The translations under genes were made by a program, and so were the position numbers. Below, piece by piece: positions 39,384 to 50,153 of a stretch of DNA of 50,153 nucleotides. The number at the start of each line of letters is the position of its first letter. Position 1 is the stretch's first letter. The notes below the pieces were generated by a model that was not told the origin of the DNA, did not search any database, and saw only the letters and a program-made list of their open reading frames with translations. This stretch comes from Conidiobolus incongruus B7586 (Eukaryota). The stretch spans positions 1-50,153 of the forward strand of contig JNEM01008434.1 in assembly GCA_000697335.1 (NCBI GenBank), given 5' to 3'.

Positions 39384-41726
39384 AAAATATCTGGTCGATA
39401 TTTAACTGTTTAATTAACAACTATCAATTACAAGAAGCCAAGTTCATTTTGAATAAATATTTATGATTATAACTGTTCGAATATTTTAATGGGATTGAAC
39501 ATAAAAAATATTGGACCTTTCATTGAAATTTAAAAACCGTATGACCAATGAGGTTTATTTATTCGAAGGCTAAATATATTCTTTGTACAGTGAAATTTTT
39601 TTACTGGTTTCGGAAATTGATTCAATGTTCTAACAACTTCAATAATAATATACAAGTTTGTTGAATATAATATTTATTTAATATTAATAACTTATAATCA
39701 GTCAATATCATTTGTCTCTTATCGTTTGAATAATTTTAGAATAATTTATACCCTGTTTTACATTACAAAATTTTATCCAATTCAGTAAAATTTGTATTTG
39801 AAAAGCTCTATAAGAAAATTTTATTAATTTGAAAAGATTTAGATATAAGAATAAATATTGATATTATCAAATGTATTAATAAAATAAGTATTATACAACA
39901 TAACATAATTGATCAAAGTAAATTCTTTAAAAAATTATCAGTATTAAAATTTGTTGAGCGACAGGATATTATGAATAAATATAAGGCATGCAATTATATA
40001 AATTTAATATTATCATAGTGAATAGAATATTAAGTTTATAACAGATAATGCTCCAATTTCAAAATATTTTGAAATAATCTTAAAGTTAAACTGAATACAC
40101 TCTTTGAAGTTGTAATAATATCATAAACCTAAAATTTGACAAACTTTAACTAATAAACCATTGAGTGTAGTGGTTGAATATATTGTTAATAAATAGATTA
40201 TTTAATATATAATATCAATCAAGTTATTTCTATTTTTCATATTATATCAGTTTTTTAGTCAAAATATTTTTTAATAATGTTATCGAACATTACATTATAA
40301 TAATCATAAATAACCTTGAATCTTTGAATATATAGACTTGAACTTATAATCAAGTAATAGTTTTAACAATTCAATCATATAATTGCTATAATTCCAATTG
40401 AATTAATAAAGTACTAATATTATTAACATTGAATTTCATTCTGTCTTTATGATGAATTTTTAATTGGAAAAATTTCAATCTTAATATTTTATATCTCAAC
40501 TGTCATCATATAAATAATTATTTTCCCTATATACCAACTAATAAACTTTAAAACTTTACAAATAAAATAACTTTTGTATATTATTTTAACATATATTAAT
40601 TGAATTTAAAAATTATTTAATTTTAATATAAAATTGTTGGAAAAAATTTATATAAAATATAAAATAATACTAATGAAATACAAGTACTGTTAGGCATCTT
40701 AAATACTATTATCATATTAGAATAATAAACAATCTATCTTGAAAGTTATATATATTAATATTACATCAATGTTTATCAAATATTTCATTTTTCAACATAG
40801 AGAGTTCTGGCCAATCAAATAATTAGTTAAGTTTGCAAACAATTAAAAAGAATATTTTAAAATTTTTTTTAATTAATCTATATTATGATATAAAAAATTG
40901 TCATTAATAATATATTGATTAAATTCAATAAATTTTTAATTAGAATAATATCATTATTTCATAAATAATAATGATATTATAGTATACTCTAACATGTTTT
41001 AAAAATGGCAGGCTTTAATTAATTCTGACAAATCTTCAGTGTTCATTTCAATATGGTCATTTGTAAATATTCATTATAGATTTATTAATAAAGTCGAATT
41101 TTGGATTTTCATTTATTTTTAATCCATTGATTCTTTTTTTCAAATTAAATTTTTAATTTCTAGTATATTTAATCCTGCTCTTTTGAAATAATTGTCCATT
41201 TTTTCAAATGATTTATAGTGGTAAAAATGGTGAAAATATTAGAAATAATAAAACGTATTGGATTTTGTTTGATTTATATATAAAAGATTTTAACACTTAT
41301 ATCAATTAATTAATATATTCCGCAGATTACATATGATAAATACAGCCAAGAAAACAATAATGGATATGGGTAGAATTCTTTGAGTTGTTCTTTTCATCGA
41401 ATGTTTTAAAGTGTAATGAAAATGGGAATTAAATTAAATTTAACTCTTTTTGAAAGAAATGAAATCGCATTTAATTGGCTAGAGTGTGATAGTATCTCGA
41501 AAAATGTTATAATATTATCCTTATTGCTAAATTTAGAAATTTATATTAATTGTGAATTTTCGTTAAAAATTTGAAAATTTATTCAGTCATATTAAGTCAA
41601 TAAATATGCTATGATTTAATAATAAAAAAGTGATTTGATATTGGGTTTATTACAAAATTAGCATCATGTTAGTGTTATAATATTAGGTGATATTCCAATT
41701 TATGAATATATGCTAAAAAATTGTAC

Positions 41727-43169
41727 TTAGTAAACATAGGGAATGACCTTGTAGGGGACAAGTTTACAATATTGTTCCCAGTATTCACCATATTTACCAT
41801 GGCAACGCTTACTGTCACGTTCAACACGGTGACCCAATAAGCAAGTCATCCAGAAGATATAGAAGTAGGGGAGAATGTGATCAAAACCACATGTCATGCA
41901 CATAGCTAAACTTAACATCAAATCTCCCAAATAGTTAAAGTGGCGGGAAATTCCCCAGTATCCACTGGTGAGTAAAACGCTGGTGTGCTTCTTACCATCG
42001 CTGGTAACGTAGCTGGCACGAATGATACGAGCAGGCTTACCCCAGATTAAGCACTTACCATCGTGCTTACGGACGAGATCCTTTTGGTTGTTGACGGTAC
42101 GGAAAATATAGTAACCGGTCAAACCAAGAGCAGCGACGAATAAAAAGTAGGGAGTGGACATATCAATGGGGTTACGGACAAGATAGTGAGATTGAAGAGT
42201 ATACATGTAAGGTAAGAGGACACAGTCACCCCAAGCCAAGTAGAAACCGAAGTGATCGTGAGCAATATCAATAGTTCTTAAGTACCAATCTTCATTCCAG
42301 AAATAGTCAACAACGTAGAAAGCGTGGAGGATATTCAAAAGGATCATGGAATTGGTAACGTAGCCTAACTTGTTGTATTGGGCAGCAGCGAAAGATAAAT
42401 CAATCAAAGTCCAAGCGACGATACCAGGGCGACCATTGAAGAATAACTTAAAATCGAACCATTCACCAATACGAGGGTTGAATTCAATACCCATGAATAA
42501 ATCGTACAAGCGAGAACCAGAAAATTTACGGTCACCAGGATGAGAGGGGAAGTAGTGAGCCTTGAAGTAAGAGAAGAAAGTCATAAAGTAACCCAAGACA
42601 TTAGCAGCAACCAAGATACCACCCCAGTTGTCATGAACGATAGATAAAGGGATGATAGGGATGAAATAACCAAAGATAACGTATAAAATATGAGTAATGA
42701 CCCAGCATTGGAAACCGTTGACGTTGTATTTGAGAAGATGACCAGCAGGAGTGAGTTGACCAGTACCAATGGGACCAGGAACAACCATATATAAGAAGGC
42801 TTGCAAACTTACCCAGGTGAAGTAAATAACAAAACCATAGTAGGTGGGTGTGGGGAGGAGATCATATAACCAACCGAAAAAGTTGGACCAGGTGAAAGGT
42901 ACAGACAATAAAACATTCATGGGAGCAGCAAGAGAGCATTTGTAGGAGTTACAGGCAGCCCAGAAATAGATAATAGCAATAGGGCAGATCACGAACAAGG
43001 AAGCACATGCTAAGATAGTAGGATATCCAATATCTAAACGAATTTCAGATGCAGATTAGCATATGTTGATGAAAAGATCAAATATAAATTTACCTCTGTC
43101 GCGACCCCAAGTCTTTCCTGATTGATGTATGTCTTTTAATAATTTTTTCGCTGATATATCTGCAACCAT
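41727..43169 (-). CDS. DHCR7: 7-dehydrocholesterol (sterol delta-7) reductase; exons 43169-43094, 43033-41727
   Basis: ERG4/ERG24-family motifs with DHCR7-type signatures WGR, GQLTPAGH, FMGIEFNPRIGEWFDFKLFFNGRPGIVAWTLI, YLRTIDIAHDHFGFYLAWGD and LLTSGYWGISRHFNY. Confidence 0.93.
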
Positions 43170-46100
43170 GATTAATTTAAAATCAATTAAACAATGAAGT
43201 ATTCAACGCCTTAATGGTCATTTTAATACTCTTCTCAAATATCAAATTTGGAATAATTAAATTAGATCAGAATGAATTAGGAATGATAAATGTTAATATT
43301 ATAGTTATGATTGGGTAATCTATCTTCACAAAGTGTAAAATACTCATACCATACAATCCACACTATAATTTTCATCCTCAAAAATCGAATTTTCTTCAGT
43401 TAATCTTCAATAAATATAAGGATTAAACCAATTTATAAGATCAATCCTAACAAAATAGACCTTATGATTTAAAGTCAAAATTGATCCGAATATATATAAA
43501 AATATAATAGAAAATGATTATATCAATAAAAAGCTAATCAGAGATCGATATTTTTGTTTAAACTATTGAATGGGTCTAAAACTTACTCATACTAAACTAA
43601 ACTTGAAATATTTTTTCAAAAATAGGTCACTATTTTCTCGTACTAAAATTTGTGATCCTTTTTCAATATTTTTCCCTTGATATTTCTTGATTTAGTATCA
43701 ATTTTAATAAATTTATATTAGTCATATTTCTATACAAAGTATAATAATTTTAAATTTTGAAAAAATATAAACTTGAAACTATTCATACTTATATAATCTC
43801 TATTTTTTATATATAATTTTTTAATATATATCTGATATATATTTGAATTTAAATGAAAATTATGACAATTGATAAGAATTAAGTAAATTTAAAATAAGTT
43901 CATCAATTTCAGAATCGACTAAATTATGTTTTTAATTGGTTATAATACATTTAATGCCTTAATTTTATTTCGTCATCCATTATCTACCATTTCCTACCTA
44001 ATAAGGAAAGTATAGGATAATCTTGAATTTCAATTTATTTAAACTAAGTTAATCTGAGAATTTTGTCTAATGATTTGATATTTATTATAGAATTATTAGA
44101 TAAAAATTACTTAATTAGTTTCAAGAGTCTATTTAGGTTTATTTACTGTTATTAAAATGGTCAATTATTTTTGTTATAGTGTTATTAAGTTGATTATTTT
44201 TATTTAATACTTTTAATATATTAATTCAATAAAAATATATACTAATTGCTAGATTATTACGATCTATTTAATAAAATCTTAATGTTCATTAGTATGGAAT
44301 ATACTTAAGCCTCATTATAATAATTATTCATTAAAATTATTATCTCGATACTTGAATAGTGTCAAATGATTTTCAAATTTTGATAATATTTTTTTCGATT
44401 TATTGAAAGTTTTGATATCACTAGTTATCAAATATAAAGCTAATAGAACTATAATATATATATATATATTTACTGATTTAAATAACTGGAATATTAATCG
44501 TTTACAATATTTATTTAATAGATTTTTTTACATATTTTAATATATTATATAACAAAAAATTCGATTGAAAATATACCATTAGAATACAATCAAATTTTAA
44601 TTTAGGATGGATTTATTGTTTAAATTGAATTGATTTGATATTACGAAAGACTTATTAAATTTTATTTTCAAATACTATTGCTTTTAAAATTAATTACTTG
44701 ATTTAATGTTTCAGAATATGTTCTTATTAGAGTTAGAAAAATGCTTAATTTATAATAAAACAGTTTTTACCTTTTAGCCAAATAGTCTCCAAAATCATCA
44801 CTATATCTTTAAATTTATAAATATATACTAGTTATATATTATTTATAGTGTATAATGAAATTCTCAAAATAGTAATAATTATTAGCTTTTTATAAATAAT
44901 ATTATGTTGCCATCAATTTTTTATAGATTCTAAATGTTATACTATATCATATTTTATTTAAATATAAATTCATTTTGATAATCTATTTATCTTTTCAAAA
45001 TCAAAAAAATATATTTATGTATTTAAACATATTTTTTAGCTTGATATGTTAAGTTCACACTCTTCATATTAGCATTTAACTATTGATTATTAAATAGTTT
45101 ACTTATAAATATTTCATAAAACCAACTTTATCAATATTGTATTATTGATAAAATATAGTTTGATATTAATTCATGTTATAAATCGCAATAATGTGTACAT
45201 AACTTATAATTAGTATATCTTTTTAATTCGAAATATCCAATTTGAAGATTAATCGTATAATATGACATATTAATATCATTTGAGGCATTTTTATACTATA
45301 TTTAAAGAATATAGTATATAATCAACTTTGTATTTTTTTTTAAATTTGATAATTAAAGTTTGTGTTGGCTTTTGATTGAAATATCATTTATTATATTTAA
45401 TTTTCTGTATCATTATATATATATATATTTGAACATCATTGTAATATTATAAAAAATTGTTATTATTTTTGCTTACTATTATGTAAAAAAATTTCAAGAT
45501 AATAAATTACATTAACAGATTTAGTAGTTTAAATATAAATATTTTGTATTATATAGCTGAATATGGAATCAGTTTTAAACCATTGAGAAAATTTGGTATA
45601 TATTTTTAGTAAGTATATATTATATAATATTCATATTTTAGCTTTTTTTTCAAATTAAAAACCAATAAAATTACAAATTATTACATATTTATCAATTACA
45701 AAAATTAACAATTTAAAATTTTAATAAAAATTTTGAGAATAATTTGAAACAAATGATAGAAGCAAAATAGTGCATAAAAATTATTTGTTGAAATATTTTG
45801 TATTGTAATTTTTTAAAAGAATTAAGCAATAAAACAACAATATATCATAGGTGTAATTTATTTTAAACGATGGTTATTTATAATAAAAGTTATTTAAAGA
45901 GAATATATATATATATTATTTTAAATGTGTTTAATAATATCACTATTATAATCTAAATTCATAGTTAAATAGTATTTAGGCAATTATCAATCTCACAGGA
46001 ATCATAAATTACAATGAATAATAAAAAGTATAGAATTTAATAGAAATAATACTATTAAATACTTGATTAAGCTAATGTAAAATTATGAATTAAACTTTAA

Positions 46101-46653
46101 ATCTATATTTTGAAATTCGAAACTAATAATTACGTTTAGATAATATTAAATGATTATGGTTTTAATTGATGGTTGATATTAACTATTTTGAATATAAGTT
46201 TTCTCAATTATCACTAAACTAAAATAAATTGATATATATATATATGATTTATATATTAATATTTAAGTATATTCTTATAATAATAATATAATATTCAATT
46301 TCTAAATACATTTGATTAAATATTCTTTTATTATCAATGATAATACACTATTTATATAAAAATTAAAATTATGACAATTTTAAAATTTTTATTTAAATTT
46401 TAATAAAGGTTTCAAATATTGCGGAAATTAAAAGAAATATTAAAAAAATTATATAATGAAAAAAAAATGAAATATGATGATGGTATGATAAATGATTGTA
46501 TATAAAATCTATTTAGTTTAGTAGAATTCGGATTAGAAATTAGGCGATATATATTAGAGGAAGGAAGGAAAGAATATTAGTTGGAATTATATGTGAAAAG
46601 CGTCATCTATTGAATATGATGGTATATGACTAGAATTGATTATACTTTACAAT

Positions 46654-47157
46654 TTATCGAGCCAGCTCTGGGGTTAAACTTAGTTTCATTGTAAAGTTGA
46701 CAATTTCTGGGTCTGCAGATTCGAATCCATTCATAATCATTCTATCAAAACTTGTAATAGAAAACATTTTACTTTGTTTTTGCCCTATACTTTTAGTTTG
46801 ATCAGACTTAGTGGTTTGGGACTCGCTAACTGGAGGTTTTAACTCTTTAGGTGTTGATAAAGGCTCTATACAAATCGGCTCTAAGGGTGTTAGATCATCA
46901 ATTTGAGGAGCTTGAGATGATTTTTGACTTGCACTGCTATTTGAGCCATGTGAGGCTAAAGAATGAGTTGATGAACTGAATTTATCCGACAGATCATCTT
47001 CACCTTCATCTCCCTTTCCCTTGGTGAATTTTTTCCACGCCTTCTTCCATTTAGACTTTGTGATTTTTGGCAATAGCCTACCATTGATTGATTCCAAGCT
47101 AATTAAACTGGAAGATGAAGAAGTAGTGAGAGAGTAAATTCCGCTTTTAGTCAACAT
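46654..47157 (-). CDS. Hypothetical Ser-rich protein, 167 aa
   Basis: ATG-initiated intronless ORF with coding-like GC in an AT desert. It has a basic KWKKAWKKF segment and ends FTMKLSLTPELAR. No domain recognised. Confidence 0.7.
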   Translation of the reverse strand: MLTKSGIYSLTTSSSSSLISLESINGRLLPKITKSKWKKAWKKFTKGKGDEGEDDLSDKFSSSTHSLASHGSNSSASQKSSQAPQIDDLTPLEPICIEPLSTPKELKPPVSESQTTKSDQTKSIGQKQSKMFSITSFDRMIMNGFESADPEIVNFTMKLSLTPELAR

Positions 47158-50119
47158 TATATATAATTAACAACTGAATAAATAATATATTATATTAAAT
47201 GAGATATCTTGTATATTTGTACAAAGGTAAAATGCAAAGTGGATTAAATATATCTAAAGGTCTATAAATGGAGAAACAAAAACAAACAAGGAAGAAGTGA
47301 TAAGGAAAATGTTCTACTTATATATGAATTGGCTAAGATCAAAAATGTGGAGAATGAGGGAAAGTGGGATTCTCAAAGTACATAAAAGAGGGGATGAGGA
47401 GAGTACTGAAATCAATAAGGGAAAAAGATAATCACCCGATTAGTTTAGTTAAGGATTGTTGAACTAAAAATTTCAAATTTGGTTTCAATTAATTCATTTT
47501 ATATTAAATTAATAATCATAGGAATTAATTCAACTAGCTTTATATTGACTATCATCAACAATTTATTAATTTAAAGTTTAAAGAATTTTGCCAATTTGAT
47601 TCAAGTTAAAATTGTTATTCTCTTATTTTAGTTAATAGAATGATATATTTTTTTGAACAATTCGTGATAAATTAGGGAGAATAAGGCATGTGAATGAATT
47701 CATAATTTAATGTACATAATCAATTTTTCATTATGTTATATCACACTTCAATTGTTGTTTATTATACTTTAAATATCATGATATACTCTTAATTACAATA
47801 CATTTATCAATACAAATATTTTGCGTAGCAAAAATTACCCCATCTCTGTCATATAATATAAGTGGAGAATTGAAATAGAATCAGCTATTTATAAAATTTT
47901 ATTAATTAAATCAAAGATTTTTAACTAAATTATAAACAAATGGTAATATTTAATTGATTGGATTGAAAATGACGATGATTTTAATAATAAAAATATTGGA
48001 GGAACTATAGTTTTATCTAATCATTGTGGAGATTAGTTGATCACTCGAATTTCTTGCAATCCTTTCAAACTTAACTAAATATAGGAAATTATCAAACATT
48101 TTATTTTTTTTCTAATAAGTGTTATTCTAAAACAAATATGATCAAAATGAGTTGAATCTTATATCCTTATTATTTGAAAACATTATAAATTGGAACTTTA
48201 ATTCAATTGTACATAATGTATTTGAATATTAATAGTTTTTTATACTAGAAACTATATTAATTAGCTAAGTTTAAAATTATGTTTTAATTACTTAAACAAG
48301 TTAAATAAATTTCGATACAAAAATATTCGTCAATTGTTCAATTTGTTAGCCACTTGTAGATGATATCATTAATAATAAAATAACAAATATTTAATCCATT
48401 TAGTTTAGGTTCAATTATCACAAATTTTATAATAATAATTTATTGGTTAATAAATTATCGGGATTTAATATATTCAATATTTTATTTGTTATGATTTTAT
48501 TGAATTAAGTTAATAATGTTAATTAGATCAATTTTTTTAGATATTTAGGTATTTTTAATCAATATTTATCACTCTTGATATTGGGAAATTATTGAAATTT
48601 AAGCCTATTGGTTACAATTCAATAGTATGAACTATTTAATTATTTATTCATTGATGAATTAGTGTAAAACCTATCGTAATTATTAGAGAGTTTAGCTGAA
48701 CCTAGATTTGTAGTTTATTTAAAAATATTAATATTATAAAACAATTAAATATAAATTTATTTTATATTTTTAATCTAACTTGAAAAATCACTATTTTAAT
48801 CATAGAGAGGATTGATAATGCTTTACGTATACAAGATACAAGCTATAGATTGATAGATTAAATATTACTTTTGATTTTGCTTAATATATTAAATTATAAA
48901 ATCAATATGATTTAAGTTATCAATGAAAATATTCAGTGATTATTAAATCATTTACATATGAATTAAACATTTCAATTTTCGAATTAAAATTGGTCATTAT
49001 AAATATTTTGATAAATTTAATTATATAACTTGATAAATACTAGTGCCCTTTCCAGAAAATAGGCACTTAAATAAAATTTATATTGTTATTTATTTAACAA
49101 TCTAGATTTATCAATATCTAATAACAATGCTAAATTAATAATTGAAAAAAAATTCTAAATAGGATGATAAAGGAATATAATTGACTAAATTTCTAAGCCC
49201 ACGTGAATTAGATAATTTCAAACTGATGATTCAATTATTATGTTTGAGTCTTAATATTCACTTAGAAATATGAACATGGTTCCAACAAATATGTTAATAT
49301 TTATTAAATACTTATTAGTAGTTATTTAGAGAAATTTATAACAATTCCATAATCATATAAATTTTAGTATATTTTGATTGGATCGCATTCTATGACATTT
49401 ATCATATTAGAAATAGTTTATTATCAATCTATTATCTACCAATGATGTTTTTTGACTTGTTAAAATCTCTGCAATAATTATAAGATATAATTCAATTTAA
49501 ATACAGTAATGATTCTTCCTTTGATAATATTATAATTGTAATTTATTCGGTATAATTGATGCTTTACTAATACCATGAAAGCTAAAAATTTAATTGAGAT
49601 ATAAATAGTCCAATTTAAAAATGGATTTTCTTTGAAAATTCTTTTCAAAAACCGCCTTTCAGTATATATTTATGTAATGTATATGGTTGGAAGATTAAAT
49701 ACTTTGCATTATTAAAGCATATCATTATAATTTAAAACCTCATTATTTTTAAATATAATTATCATTAAAATTATTTAATAGTTGAAAAATAAACTATTTG
49801 TAGGGGGTTAACGCTGACAACAATGGGTTTTACGAGCTTAAACGAGGAATCGCCAGTGGTAAACGATAAATTACCACGGAATTAAGGGAAATTATTGGGG
49901 TTCACCAAAGTAGGTGAAAAAGACTTGCTACGAATCGGGTTCTTCGAATAAAGTAAATATCTCACGCTTGTCACGACTCAACACTTTTGTAAGGGTTACA
50001 AGAAAAACTTAGAGACTGTATACTTTTGAAAATGAAGATAGAAGATATGTTTATTAGTTTGCTTATGATAATCTTATATTAGGCTCCATTGTTGATTTTT
50101 GTGGACATGAATGACTTAC

Positions 50120-50153
50120 GGGCGGAAAGTAATAGGATCAACTAGTTCATGGG
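50120..50153 (-). other. Possible exon fragment of a gene lying mostly outside the window
   Basis: Minus-strand frame HELVDPITFRP ends at a consensus GTAAGT donor (50119), with ACTAAT downstream. Too short to identify. Confidence 0.3.

Noticed and set aside
39545..39570. CCAATGAGGTTTAT resembling U4 snRNA
   Set aside because: Only about 14 nt; the U6-pairing 5' segment and kink-turn partner are missing.
47329..47342. TTGGCTAAGATCAA resembling U2 snRNA
   Set aside because: The GTGTAGTA branch-recognition sequence that should follow is absent.

Overview
Very AT-rich eukaryotic genomic DNA with short (about 48-110 nt) introns. Gene content (GPI-PLD, PARN, NR2C2AP and DHCR7 alongside fungal-type MATE, Tim23, Ste14 and a HAL/NPR-type kinase) suggests an early-diverging fungus, plausibly Zoopagomycota/Entomophthoromycotina; this is inference. 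The window holds two tandem MATE transporters and three divergent gene pairs (TIM23/RTF2, GPLD1/RRM protein, STE14/NR2C2AP). It also holds a small secreted propeptide-like protein, a disabled MGMT, a pseudokinase, PARN, DHCR7 and one hypothetical protein. Exon structures were reconstructed by hand. Most notable: (1) a clean AT-AC U12-type (minor spliceosome) intron in NR2C2AP; (2) an unidentified, highly structured ~340-nt GC island on the minus strand downstream of PARN, probably a ncRNA; (3) a PARN gene that may encode mitochondrial-presequence, NLS-tailed and membrane-tailed isoforms; (4) an oriented TCCCATWW motif about 100-200 bp upstream of seven genes; (5) an in-frame TAA before what looks like the conserved RTF2 C-terminal motif.
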